Shown: in pieces, positions 41,328 through 52,709 of the stretch
Numbering within the stretch: position 1 is the first letter of the stretch
Layout: every line of letters starts with the position of its first letter
DNA from: Schizochytrium sp. TIO01
Lineage: Eukaryota; Protista; Bigyra: Labyrinthulomycetes
Length of the DNA: 64,000 nt
Direction: 5' to 3'
Assembly: GCA_004764695.1 (NCBI GenBank)
Contig: SMSO01000031.1
Coordinates: forward strand, 5,184,436 to 5,248,435
The notes under the pieces: model-generated
The model's database searches: none
What the model saw: the letters and a program-made list of their open reading frames with translations, nothing else
What the model was told of the DNA's origin: nothing
Translations under genes and position numbers: made by a program

Positions 41328-44300
41328 TCACTTACCGTGGTAAGACATGGAACGGGCACCACTGCCACCAGTGCGCCCTCTATATTGCTGCTGTTGTTGT
41401 GTTTGGCCTCCACCCGAGGAAGACGCTGAGGAACGACCTCCCCGCGTGGAATTGGAATTTGAGCGTCCTCCAGCGTTGCTAGCAGTGACCTGGGAGTAAC
41501 TAAAGTTACCCGAAGCGGCTGCAGCTTGTGCATAGCCATATAGGTGGCGAGGCTGCGAAGAGCCTTGTTCGTTGCTGTTGTTATTGGCGTTTACAGGTCT
41601 TCTCTTGGGTGAGTTGGGAGGGTTACGACGTCCACGCTTCTGCGTCGCAGATGAAGTCTTGCTGCTGGTGGCGAGTTTTGCATTATTGCTGCTGCTAGTG
41701 CCACTGCTACCTGCACCCGAAGTGCTCGCATTAGAAGCAGCATTGTTGCTTGCATCAGCGGCTCCACTGGCAGCTTCTGCGCTCGCGCCAGCAAGGTGCG
41801 CTGGCTGTTCGGGTGCGCCTTCGACGACAAGTGAGGGTACCGGTTTGCTTACACCTTCGACCCAGCCGATGTCCCTCATAAACTCTATTGCGTCGTCTCC
41901 TGCACCCTCCATGTCATTGTCTTCATCCTTGCCACGGCGCCGTGTCGATATGCTTCCAGAGTCTGATGCTGCGCTCGAAATTGTGTGCGCAGTGCCCGCG
42001 TTATTGCCAGCATTGCCGCTTGCAATAGATGCATCGTCGTTTGCAGTGCGCGAAGATTTACGAGGTGCCGAGGAGTTATCGTCCTTGAGTTTCTTCTTAT
42101 CCTTGTTGCGTTTGCGGTTACGGTTGGAGATGCGGTAGATCTCAGCCATGGATCGCGGAATATCCTCGCTCTCCAGCGCATCAGCGTCTGCGGGCGTATC
42201 AATATCAATGACGGCATCTTCGGCTCCTGTTGGCCCCCCAACAGAAGTACTGCCAGCCTCCACGCCTTTGCTACCAGCACCAGCACTATTAGCTGATACC
42301 ACACCATCTGCTGCTGCTGCTGTTGTCACTGCTTGAGCCTTCGTCTTCTTCTCCGCGCCGTCCATCGACACGGAGGCTCCGCGTGCTCCGGAAGACATTG
42401 CCGTCGCCATCGCCGCAAAGGGCGTTTTGTGCGGCAGCGCTCCAAAGCTGGCTCCGGATTTGATCTGCTCTTCGCCAATCTTTGTTTTCGCAGCAAGTGC
42501 CAATCGGTAGTTCTCCGTGCGAGGCGTCTCAGCAGCCTGGGTCTGAGCTGCTACGGGAGGTCTTGCGTTCGCGATTGTGTTATTCCGCACGATTGCCTGC
42601 GCCTTCCACTGCGGATCCGCGAGGTCCTGCCATCCGGCAGTATCGTATAGCTGTTCAGTCGTCAAAACAGGACTCGGAGTCGCGCGGCTCTGTGCACTGT
42701 CTCTCATAATAGTGCTGCGCCGGGAGCTTGACATTTGTTGCTGCGTCTGAAGGCCGCTCTTGGCAGCTTGGGCAAAAGTCACAGAGCCTTTAGGATGAAT
42801 TGGTACGAAGGAGCTACGTGATGAATTCAAACCCATGTGGACGGCACCTGAAGATGAGTCCGTAGCCTCTTGCGGCACGCTTGAGGCTGCTACGATTTTG
42901 TTTACTTCAGCATCAACTTCCATGTCATCGTCATCAGCAGAAACATTAGCATTGATATTAGAGTTGTTCACGTTGGCATTGACTGATTCACGAGCTGATC
43001 TGACGAGTGCAAGAATCTCTGTGACGCGGGTCTGCACAACAGCTGGTAACGGGTTGCAGCAGTGTTCAAGATCTGCTGCCGATGGCGGTACCTCTTGTGC
43101 AATTCGAACGAGCATGCGATCTGGCAATACGTATTGCAGAGACTCATCTTCACGTCTAGCAACTGTGTCTCTCCACCTGTACACAGCAGCGAGCACTGCT
43201 AGTTGCTCTCCGTTAAGATCCAAATTCTTACGTTCCAGAAGTTTCAGGTACCCGTCCGCTTTGAACGTGTCCTTTACGTACACCGCAAGAGCGACCTCAG
43301 CACTTCGTCTCAGGACCATTCGAACCATATCAGATCCTCCTTCTTTAATGAGCTCGTTACGCTGCTTATCAAAAACGTGTAAAAGGTAGTGAGTATCTTC
43401 TCGAGCGTAGCGAAACATGTCTTCAGGCAGGGGTCGAACGCGCCAGTCTGCGAGCTGATACGCTTTGTTCACGCGAATATCCACATGTTTTTTGAGAGCG
43501 TATGCGAGACCTGCGGACGGGTACTCGAGGACTCTTGCAGCCTGACCTGTGTCGAATAGGGATACGAGGTACAGTCCAAAGTCGCGTTGGAGCCAAACCA
43601 CATCAGAATCTGCGCCGTGGAAGACCTTGACAATATTCGGGTTTGTGAAGTGCTCGTTAAGGATATGGAGATGGCTTCGCAGAGCTAGCGTATCGACGAG
43701 GAAGTCAGCAGACCGTGTAGAAACCTGCATCAAGCAAACGAATCCTTGAAACGACCTGTACGAGTGGTTCTCAAGATCGATTGCAACTACAGCTTCTCCT
43801 GCAAGAGCAGCGCTAAGTTCCTGGAGTTTCTGCGGTGTATCTACCCACGTGCACGGCACTTCGTTAAGCTTACGAACGGGCTCCACAGGGTCTGCGGGCT
43901 CCAGAAGCCAGGCGGGCGGCGCACCCAGCGCCGCTTGGATCTCAGGTTCATAGGGGTTTGGGTATGTACCGTCCTCACGCAGAGCAATCATGCCTCCGTC
44001 TGGGAGTGGCACGACGGCATGTGGTTTGCTGCGGAGGATCGGCTGAAAAGGTTTCCTGAGGTTATCTACGCGCTGCTCAAAGTTTTTCTGCGGACGGTCC
44101 ACCTTTGCGTGGGTAATGACGCCATGGAGACCTGCACGAACACCCCGCACAAGCTCACTCTTTGCCGCCGCCGCCGCGGCTCCTGCGGCTGAGTTGGCAC
44201 CACCAGAACTGGAAATCATTCCCCGTCCAGGTCCACGTCCCTCGAGGGCTTCGTCAACGTTTTCGAGCAACATGTCGATAATTTCTGACACAGGCTCAAA

Positions 44301-44552
44301 GGTCTCCATGGCCCCAGGGTTGGACCCACGAAGAGCCTCAAGTTTGAAGACCTGGTCGCTGTTGTCTGCGTTTTCAGCAAGGTCCATGATCAACCTTACA
44401 ATGCGGTCCCTGAACCCGGCAATACGAGACTGGAACTCAGGGTGCGTTGCGAAGTACTCCAAGTCGTCGGTCTCGCCCGGGAAACTGTTTGAGGCCTTGG
44501 TGCCGTGGATAAGCGCTTCGTAAAGCTGCGCCTCATCCATTGGGCTGCCCAT
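41328..44552 (-). CDS. RRP6: Exosome-associated 3'-5' exoribonuclease RRP6/EXOSC10
   Basis: PMC2NT-like N-terminus; DEDDy motifs AIDLENHSYRSFQGFVCLMQVST, KVFHGADSDVVWLQRDFGLY, YQLADWRVRPLP and YAREDTHYLL; HRDC WRDTVARREDESLQYVLP; disordered basic tail. Confidence 0.95.
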   Translation of the reverse strand: MGSPMDEAQLYEALIHGTKASNSFPGETDDLEYFATHPEFQSRIAGFRDRIVRLIMDLAENADNSDQVFKLEALRGSNPGAMETFEPVSEIIDMLLENVDEALEGRGPGRGMISSSGGANSAAGAAAAAAKSELVRGVRAGLHGVITHAKVDRPQKNFEQRVDNLRKPFQPILRSKPHAVVPLPDGGMIALREDGTYPNPYEPEIQAALGAPPAWLLEPADPVEPVRKLNEVPCTWVDTPQKLQELSAALAGEAVVAIDLENHSYRSFQGFVCLMQVSTRSADFLVDTLALRSHLHILNEHFTNPNIVKVFHGADSDVVWLQRDFGLYLVSLFDTGQAARVLEYPSAGLAYALKKHVDIRVNKAYQLADWRVRPLPEDMFRYAREDTHYLLHVFDKQRNELIKEGGSDMVRMVLRRSAEVALAVYVKDTFKADGYLKLLERKNLDLNGEQLAVLAAVYRWRDTVARREDESLQYVLPDRMLVRIAQEVPPSAADLEHCCNPLPAVVQTRVTEILALVRSARESVNANVNNSNINANVSADDDDMEVDAEVNKIVAASSVPQEATDSSSGAVHMGLNSSRSSFVPIHPKGSVTFAQAAKSGLQTQQQMSSSRRSTIMRDSAQSRATPSPVLTTEQLYDTAGWQDLADPQWKAQAIVRNNTIANARPPVAAQTQAAETPRTENYRLALAAKTKIGEEQIKSGASFGALPHKTPFAAMATAMSSGARGASVSMDGAEKKTKAQAVTTAAAADGVVSANSAGAGSKGVEAGSTSVGGPTGAEDAVIDIDTPADADALESEDIPRSMAEIYRISNRNRKRNKDKKKLKDDNSSAPRKSSRTANDDASIASGNAGNNAGTAHTISSAASDSGSISTRRRGKDEDNDMEGAGDDAIEFMRDIGWVEGVSKPVPSLVVEGAPEQPAHLAGASAEAASGAADASNNAASNASTSGAGSSGTSSSNNAKLATSSKTSSATQKRGRRNPPNSPKRRPVNANNNSNEQGSSQPRHLYGYAQAAAASGNFSYSQVTASNAGGRSNSNSTRGGRSSASSSGGGQTQQQQQYRGRTGGSGARSMSYHGK

Positions 44553-46656
44553 TGTGCCAACTACTAAGCAAGCTTGCTAGCTAACAATGAAGGACTACCA
44601 CCTGTTCAGGCCACAACAGAATTGAAACACCAAGATACTCTGTATAAAGGCAAAAACGAAGTTCACACTCCGATTACCAAATCACCACGAAATGGATGAA
44701 TAACCCTTCTTTTAAAATCCCACGTCAGCCTTGAGAGCGACGACAGTTTCTGCAACAACGACAACGACGCCAAGACTGTGACGATGCTGGCTGACTGGCA
44801 ATCCTCGGCAACGAATCGCTTAATGAAAGAAAAAAGAAAACCTCTCGGCGTACGGGAGCTAGGTCTCTGAATGCAGTCGATGCAATCAACGCAAACTTCA
44901 CACCAACGCAACGCAGAAAACCACGCCTCTGCACGCGTCAAATTAAACAAGCCAACCTATACCCCAAATCTACTCCCCAATGTCGCTCAATCTCACAATT
45001 TCGAAGATGACCAATTCCACAGACTAAGAGTCCCGCAATTAGACTCTAATATGGATGGCTCCGGAGTCTTGTGAGCGGCAGCAGCACGAGTTGCGGCGGT
45101 GGTCCGGCGCGGTGGCGGAGGCGTGCGTCGAGGCCTCTGGGTATCCAGGTTTTTCTTCGTTGCGCGCGTCCCCGAGCAGGCACGGCCGAGCGATATCGCG
45201 CGAGAGCACGACTGGCTATGGTCGCCTGAGCGAATGAGTGAATCAACGAATGAATGAATGAATGGGCGCAAATGAGCCAAAGAAAGCGGCCGTTGGTCGC
45301 AGCAAACGGCCTTGGCCTCTCCGTCGGGAGCGGCGGGAGGCGAAGCGGGTCGGCGGGGCCGGTCTCGCGTCGCGGCGGCGGTCCGCCTCTGCCGCAACGA
45401 GCGTGCGGAGCCCTGAAGGCACTGGTTGCCGCCTCAGAGAAACAGAGAAAGAAAAGAAAACAGAAAAAACAGAAAGAACGCGAGAAAAAGAGGAAACCGG
45501 AGAGTTCCGGCTGCCGGGGAAACTTTTGCGCCCGCCAATTTTCCCTTCCCTGCTTATCTCTATTCAACCCGCTGGGCATGGAAAAACAAGTCCACCTTAA
45601 CCATTGGTTTTCTGCTATTGGAGATAGACTTCGGTGAAACATTCATTTAAGGCGGAATTGAAACGGCATACGCGGTGGTTAGGTGGGTAGGAGTAGGGAG
45701 TAGGGCCAGCTACGGGAAAAGATAGGGATGGCGGTTTTCTTGTTATTTTGTTTTCTTTCTTAGGTTTTGTTCTGTTTTGGAATAGTTCTCAGTTTGCTTT
45801 TGGGATGTTGGGTCGAGAAAGCGGGACAGAAACTGATTCCGAGGATGAGAATGCACATTCAGAGCGAATGAGATAGGCTCGATCTGGATGCTCGTACTGA
45901 CGTGACAGAACCTCGACTCGCTGTGGAAAGCAGGATAACGTGAACATTGGCGAATTTGGGCCCGGCGTGGTCACGCGTGAAGATGGTCAACGGTAATTTG
46001 AAGAGCAGCTTCGCTAGCTGGGACTTTTCCTCACGTTCTTGTGAAAAGTGATTGCTGCTGCATTCATAATCTTGCGTATGCACTTGGCAAGCTGCCAGGA
46101 TGGAGCAGCAGGCATATAAAAAGGGTTTGTACAAGCAGAGTATGAATGAACGGGGGTCAGCCTAGAGAACAACATACTAGGAGAAGGAGAAGAATTGGTG
46201 TGGTATTCGTATGGCTGACCTTTAGAGTGAAAGCAGGATCGTTTCAATCTATGTAGAATTTGTGTATGGTTCCAGAGCTCCTTTAGATTTCCTTTGTGCA
46301 GCTGTGAGGCGAACGATCTTTTTGATATCGGGTTTAAGACTTAGTGTAAGAATTAAAAGCAAGAAACCCGTCGCTTCTTTCATAACAAAATATCGCTGTG
46401 TAGTATTGACCCCCTTGGTTTCTTTAGCATAGCTACTTACATTTGTAGGCACTACAAAGGTAAACGCATTCTTCCAGTGAACATCGTTCATGGTAGTCCC
46501 TTTTGAAAATAGCAGCTATGCTTCTATTCTTAATCTTTCACACAACCTTTTTGTAAATACAACAGAGGATGAGTTGGTTGCACAGCTTTTGCAAACTCAG
46601 AGACAGCTTCATATAGCTAGTGCTTGAAATGCGGCACATTAAATTGATTTTAATTG

Positions 46657-46691
<35 letters not shown>

Positions 46692-47148
46692 GATAAGGTT
46701 TAGAATATTCCTACCGTCTATTTTAAGTTCAACCTATATATATCTCTTACTGACTTAACAAACTGCCCAAAATATCGATCATTCGTTGAAGTGCGTCTCT
46801 TTTTTATTGGCCTGAAGTAGATAAGTTGATTAATTGAATTCGCCTCGACTAGATTTTCTATGTCTTTACTCTTGCTATAATTCAGTCAGGATTATCGGCC
46901 TCTTCCAGCTCAATTAACTTTAGAAAAGTTCATGATTCAAACCTTTTCTTTTCTTCTTTTTCCTGTTTCCAAGTCCAGGTTTTTGATGAGTGAAAATTCC
47001 AAATCTGTTTTGAGAGAAAACAACTTTAGACTATATTTTCATATGCAGAAAGTGTTCATCCATTCCTAAGTATGTACAGTATTTGACCTGACAGGAGCTG
47101 TAAAAATCACTCCAAGCATTCATCTCTTACTCCAGCAAGGTACAATTT

Positions 47149-47837
47149 TCACTGCGGAAAGAATTTGTACCGGTCTTCATGAAGCTGTCTCAGACGCTGC
47201 AAATCATTTGTTGAGATACGCGGTTCTGCTTGAATAATCCCGCGGATCATTGTGTCGATTTGTTTAGAAAATTTGCTAAGGGGCATATCGGCAAGATGTC
47301 GACTAAAAATGACAAACTGCGGCCATGTCACCCGAGCAGCTGTGTCAGAGCGTGTTTCCTGGTCACAGGTATCCTCAGTTCCATTCGATAACGATCCTAG
47401 GTACTGGACAACTAAACTTGCACATTCAATGTGCACGCGCTCAATCTCCCGTCTGCTCAAATAGTGAATATCCTAAAACAGTCAGTATAACAAGGAAAAA
47501 AGGCTTAACCTCGGATGAGCACAAACCACCCAGTGGATACTTACATCGTTGACACGAATGAAGGAACCTTGCCTGTCACAACATAACCCAGAAGCTGGAT
47601 ATCCTTATGTGACTTCGTACCACATCAGTTGTGCATTATATTGTAAGTCTCTAGTTTTCTAACCTAATCAATCACGCATATAGCTCAAACCAAGCCACTT
47701 GGCCGTTCTCGCGAGCATCCAAATGCCACATTGCCACGTACTAAGTAACCATTATGATTCTGGTCGAGCGTGTCGAAGAGCTCGCGCAACTTGAGACGAT
47801 ATTCCTCAGCAACAGCAGCTCGCGCAACCTCGTCCAT
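47149..47837 (-). CDS. Small EF-hand-like protein (~139 aa), two exons
   Basis: Exon 1 47837-47742 (MDEVARAAVAEEYRLKLRELFDTLDQNHNGYL), intron 47741-47473 (GTACGT...CTGAC...TTTAG), exon 2 47472-47149 in frame (DIHYLSRREIER...). The join forms the loop DQNHNGYLDIHY. Confidence 0.65.
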
Positions 47838-47959
47838 GTCTATCTAACCTAACTTTAGTTGCTTATCCCAAAGTACCGGCATCTACGTCAGAACGCCAGT
47901 GTTCGACTCCAACACGGTATCTGCTCAGTCACCTCAACCAGTTTTCATCCAAATGATAA

Positions 47960-47999
47960 ATCAGCTGCACGAAGCAGAATTGACCTTCGTGCAGCTGAT
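47960..47999. repeat. Perfect 15-bp inverted repeat with a 10-nt loop in a divergent promoter region
   Basis: ATCAGCTGCACGAAG-cagaattgac-CTTCGTGCAGCTGAT. Confidence 0.9.
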
Positions 48000-48296
48000 G
48001 AAGATGTTTGTTTATATCGTAAATGGCTTTGAGCTATCTATGGTCATATAGCATTAACGTTAGTATAGAGGCAATGATTGTGAAGAGGCCCTCATCAGGA
48101 TGTCTTATGAAAGCACTTAAGAAGAGCCTATGAGGATGTCCAAAAGTTCTTGAGCAACTTGAAACCAGCAATTCTGGTGGGGGAGCATTTTTATTACTGA
48201 AAGATAATTGCAGTGCCAGAGGTTCTTCAGGGCTCTGTGACATCTGGGCAGCATCTGGGGAGGCTTTGCTAAAGCTGCTTGGAGGTCGAGTACGTT

Positions 48297-49553
48297 ATGG
48301 CGTCGCGGCGATGGCTGTTTCTGTCGCGTGTATGGCCAGAAACTGATAGCAGTGCAGCAGGCGTGCGCAGCTGGGAGTTCTTGAGACTCGCCTCGCAGGT
48401 GTGGCAGGAACATGTGAGTTTTGGGACAATTTCAAAGCATAAAGAGAAATATGCAAGGCCTCTAGGAAGGGATTTAGGTGTTGAAGTTGTAAACTGCGCT
48501 GCCAACCGAGCGGCAGAATTTCGCATTATGCTTGAGGAGGTCCAGCCCACGATTGTGGTTTTCGACACCTTTGTCACAGAAGAGGTGTTCTCTTGGCAGG
48601 TCCAACAAGCTTTTCCAGAGTGCATGCGAATCGTTGACACACAAGATATGCACAGCCTACGACGCGCGAGGGAGGTTGCACTTTCAGAGGCCCGAAGCAT
48701 GGAGGAGGTGATGTCTGCACGTCCTGATGCAAGCGACCCAACCTTGCAGCGGGAGCTTGCATCGTTACACCGATCTGACCTCAATCTGTTCGTTAGCAAG
48801 GATGAAATGGAGTCATGTGCGAGCACATATGGCATTCCATCATCAAAACTTGGTCTTGCACCGTTGCTAGGATTTGAGCGTGATGCAAATGTGTCGAATC
48901 GAAAGTACGAGGCCACTCAAGATTTTTACACTATTGGAAACTTCAAGCATGCCCCAAATAGAGATGCGGTGCAATGGCTTGCGGAGGATATTTGGCCACG
49001 TATTCGTCAGCGCTTGCCCAATGCAAATTTGCATATTTTTGGTGCTTATGCTGATGCACCCATGATGAGCTTACACAACCCAGATCAGGGCTTTCACATG
49101 CGCGGGTACCTTCGAGATGTGAAAAAGTTGTCCAAGTTTCGTGTTTGTTTGGCACCGCTGCGATTTGGAGCTGGAATTAAGGGTAAGATTACCGAGGCTT
49201 GGAGTCTCGGGGTGCCTGTAGTAACTACGCCTGTCGGCGGCGAAAGTTTAGCCATGGAGTCTGATCTCTGTTCCACTGCAGATGAAATTATTGACCGTGC
49301 TGTAGATCTTTATGAACATTTGGAATCATGGGATGAAGCACGAAACAAGGGCTTTTCAAATCTTGCAGGCCCTTTCTCTCGTGAATCAATGGCTGACAAC
49401 CTTCGCACGCTTATTCTCGACACTGAATCACGTCTTCTGGAGGCCCGCAAGCATGATTACTTACAACATATCTTGTTTAGCCAAGGCCAACGCGCAACTG
49501 AGTTTTTTGCTCGCTGGGTGGAAATGAAAGAGCTTCTGCGTAAGCAAACATGA
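48297..49553 (+). CDS. GT-B fold glycosyltransferase, family 4-like, bacterial type
   Basis: VWPETDSSAAGVR, IVDTQDMHSLR, IGNFKHAPNRDAVQWL..IWP.IR, RVCLAPLRFGAGIKGKITEAWSLGVPVVTTPVGGE. Intronless; ATG at 48297. Confidence 0.88.
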   Translation: MASRRWLFLSRVWPETDSSAAGVRSWEFLRLASQVWQEHVSFGTISKHKEKYARPLGRDLGVEVVNCAANRAAEFRIMLEEVQPTIVVFDTFVTEEVFSWQVQQAFPECMRIVDTQDMHSLRRAREVALSEARSMEEVMSARPDASDPTLQRELASLHRSDLNLFVSKDEMESCASTYGIPSSKLGLAPLLGFERDANVSNRKYEATQDFYTIGNFKHAPNRDAVQWLAEDIWPRIRQRLPNANLHIFGAYADAPMMSLHNPDQGFHMRGYLRDVKKLSKFRVCLAPLRFGAGIKGKITEAWSLGVPVVTTPVGGESLAMESDLCSTADEIIDRAVDLYEHLESWDEARNKGFSNLAGPFSRESMADNLRTLILDTESRLLEARKHDYLQHILFSQGQRATEFFARWVEMKELLRKQT

Positions 49554-49847
49554 TTGTGCAATTGTTTGGTCGACAGTTTTTGTATGTGCGATGCCTTTTT
49601 AAATATGGTATGTGTATTGATTATAAATTTATCGCTTGCTTTTAGTATCATAGTATCATTTTATTTTTCTCAAATGTTGACCTTGACTGCGTAGTCAAAG
49701 GGTGAGATATCTATATTCTGTATAGATAGATTGGGATATCTTACGATTGTAATTGTGTGAGTTGAGATAATTCGCTTACAGCTGGTTGGAGCAAAACAAT
49801 AGAAATAGAAAATAGACATTGAAGGGTATAACTTTGAGAGGATAGAT

Positions 49848-51989
49848 TTACAGATCGTAGGTGAGACGGACCACGCCGGCGAAAGAGGCTTTAGTTTCAG
49901 CCTCAACGCGCTTTTGCTCTGCATCAATTCTGGCATCGTAAAAGTCTCTGGCAAAGCGTGATTTTCGCAGGCCGCGTAAGCCTACGATGTACTGATGTTG
50001 ACGCGGAGGATTTGTGCCACGTTGGATGCCAGTCTGTGTAGAAGAATCACGAGGAAGGTAAACTTGTGTCTCCGTCTCCCGACGAAAGTGTGACGATACC
50101 GTCTGTACGGACCTTGTCTTTGCATGACGCAAGTTTACAATCTTGATAGCCCGCCGCCGAAGCTCCCACTCATTCCAGTGGTAATTTGGGTCAATATGTT
50201 TCTCCACAAAGTGAGTTGGAGTCGAAGTACTTGCATCAACTTTCTTTTTGCGAACCGTCGGGCCTTGCACGCCTTTCGTCGTGCGTAAGACGGTACCCAT
50301 TGCAACCTGTGGGAAAAATTGCTCCAGTTGCAAGAGATGAATGAGCTCTGGGCTTGCCCGGGCTGCATCGATTACACCTTGTAAAATGGGCACAGGGTCT
50401 TTTATAAAAGCATCGCGAGCATGTTTATCCTGGAATACATAGTACTGCTCTCGAAACTGCACAACGCCGAGCTGGGCATCACCTAGTAGAAGAAGGCCAT
50501 TTCGTTTCGCAAGAGTGTAGGGGCAAAATGCTTGCAGTGCCAGTACCAAGTCACCAAATCCAGGGGTGGAAGGTGGAATCAGTACGCTCTTGCGTGAGTC
50601 TTGTTGCCCTTGCTTCGATTCAATGTTTTTGGAGCCTGCATCATACCGAGACTCTTGCGAATCCATATTTTTCGACTCGGAGTATTTTGACTCCTCGTAG
50701 TTGCGACTCTTTCCATTGTCAATGCCATCACCACTGTTAGACAACTTTTCGGTTGCAGACCTGGAGAACTGAGCTGCCTTGCGTCCTTCTCCTGCGGTTG
50801 GTGAATTGTGCGAATCGCTACTTTCGGCAACCAGGAAGTCCCCATCCTCTACTTGGTCTGGCTGAGCAGATGCAGCCGCATGGAGGAATGCAGGGTCTAT
50901 GGTATCTGGGCATGTATCATAAAATTCTTGAAGACAATCCCAAATCAGTTTGCGGGACCGCACAATAGCAAGCTCGTGCTCTAGCTCGCTCCACACTGAG
51001 CCACCAAGCTCATCAAACAACGGGTAGACGGTGGTTTTGGGCAACGTGGTGTTCTGGCCAACAAGCTCATCGAGCTGCGCACAAATCTCATGCATTTTTG
51101 TTTCCAAATTATCTACCATCTCACTTGAATGGTATGCATCATCGAGGAGACAAGAGAGGTACGCAAGGAGCTGACGGCGATTGTTGTGCTCGTCTTTCCA
51201 GTTTTGCACAATTTCTTTGTCAGGGAGTTTCTCTCCTGCACGCGCGAGGCGATGGACATGCACAAGAACAGCACTGTATTTGTCACAGGTGTCTTGAATT
51301 TCAGAATGCTGTTTATTGAGTAACTTTGTAAGTTCTTCAACGCGCCGGCGTGTGATGGCGACAAGATCCTTAATGCCAGCTCCCCCCTTTCCAAGAGACT
51401 GATTGAAAAGTCGAATACCCATGACGATGCGACGCAATTCGTCAAGGTGCGTCTTCTTATCCTCCAATGGCATAGTCACAAATGTTGTAAGGCCAGCTCT
51501 GGGGAAGACAGATTCAAGGGCCGCAGCAATCTCACGATGTGCTGCAGCTTGGTTTTTGATGTCACTATCTGCATTTGCTGCTGTAACAAGGAAGTTGAAG
51601 ATCTGGCGGTAAAGAGCTTTAGCCGTGTCGTAATCAGCCTCCTCAACGTTTGCAATACTGGACATGATACCTCCGAGCTTCTGCCTGGTGTCTGCTCGTA
51701 TGGCATCTAGATCTCTTTCTGTTTCGAGAAATGTCTCGTCAAAGCCAACCTGCATTCGAATCGTTTGTGTACTTGCTTTATCATCACAGAGGCGATCTAC
51801 GACCAAGTGGATGAGTTTGTCAAGATCTTCTTCAGTAAGCATTTTATCTGGTCGGAATTCATTGGACATTTCCAGGACAGTCGCCTTGGTCATGAACGCA
51901 GCCAGCGTTTCGCTCACAGGCCGTCGCCCTTCAGTTCGAGCCGCATAATGCGACAATATTTCTTGTACGATAGTTCCAACATCGTCCAT
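49848..51989 (-). CDS. CFAP206: Cilia- and flagella-associated protein 206
   Basis: VSETLAAFMTKA, EIAAALESVFP, IVMGIRLFN, FCPYTL...GLLLLG, TPTHFVEKHIDPNYHWNEWELRRRAIK. Likely ATG at 51989. Confidence 0.9.
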   Translation of the reverse strand: MDDVGTIVQEILSHYAARTEGRRPVSETLAAFMTKATVLEMSNEFRPDKMLTEEDLDKLIHLVVDRLCDDKASTQTIRMQVGFDETFLETERDLDAIRADTRQKLGGIMSSIANVEEADYDTAKALYRQIFNFLVTAANADSDIKNQAAAHREIAAALESVFPRAGLTTFVTMPLEDKKTHLDELRRIVMGIRLFNQSLGKGGAGIKDLVAITRRRVEELTKLLNKQHSEIQDTCDKYSAVLVHVHRLARAGEKLPDKEIVQNWKDEHNNRRQLLAYLSCLLDDAYHSSEMVDNLETKMHEICAQLDELVGQNTTLPKTTVYPLFDELGGSVWSELEHELAIVRSRKLIWDCLQEFYDTCPDTIDPAFLHAAASAQPDQVEDGDFLVAESSDSHNSPTAGEGRKAAQFSRSATEKLSNSGDGIDNGKSRNYEESKYSESKNMDSQESRYDAGSKNIESKQGQQDSRKSVLIPPSTPGFGDLVLALQAFCPYTLAKRNGLLLLGDAQLGVVQFREQYYVFQDKHARDAFIKDPVPILQGVIDAARASPELIHLLQLEQFFPQVAMGTVLRTTKGVQGPTVRKKKVDASTSTPTHFVEKHIDPNYHWNEWELRRRAIKIVNLRHAKTRSVQTVSSHFRRETETQVYLPRDSSTQTGIQRGTNPPRQHQYIVGLRGLRKSRFARDFYDARIDAEQKRVEAETKASFAGVVRLTYDL

Positions 51990-52709
51990 GGTTGTAGATC
52001 CTCCTGAGGTAAACCTATCGCAGGACAAGCTTCACTCGAGAGTTGAACTACAGGTCTAGAGATTCGCACCCACTCTGCGTACAGTGTCGCTGCAAACCCG
52101 CGTGGAGAAGGCCACGGTACCACTGGTTAACGCAATTTAGCCACCACCAAATTTGTATTGCCTAGAGTTTGACGTTGCTCTTTTTCAAGCCTACTAACTT
52201 TTAAGTTCCCGTGATCTTTCTCACACGTCAAAAACCCAGTCACAAGTACCTTTGCACCTTCAACTGTCGCTTTTAGCAAGTTTATATAATATGTTCCTCC
52301 GTGCTCCTCGCACTATTCCTTCACCCGATCCACGTCCTCCTCAGCTTGAGCGTCTTACGTATTCAAAGTCCTTGCAAACCACACAAGCAATGCATTGAAG
52401 CCATGCGAACCCCAGCAATGAATTGCAAGCGCACACTTAACAATCTCAACGGATCAAAGCTAATTAGGCCACTTTCAGATAGGCCCTTTAGGGACAACCG
52501 CCGTTCTTTTCTTGAGGGCCTGTCTGAAAACAAAAAACAAAAAACAATCGTCAATTAATTAATCAAGAGACAGAATCGGTTTTGTGAAGCGGGCACAGGT
52601 GCTACGCAGAGGTCTTCAACTCGACCAATTGGTGCTGACACGGCTTTGGCGGGTTCCTGGTGCCTAGGGAGGGCTCTGGATCAGCCGGTGCCGGCGAGAC
52701 TAGGCTAGA

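Noticed and set aside
44990-45650. GC-rich stretch with several 110-200 aa ORFs upstream of RRP6
   Set aside because: Low-complexity translations with microsatellites; looks like promoter/UTR sequence.
47546-47573. Possible extra 28-nt exon in the EF-hand-like gene (ACAG...GTAAGT)
   Set aside because: Not a multiple of three; it would break the frame that direct splicing preserves.
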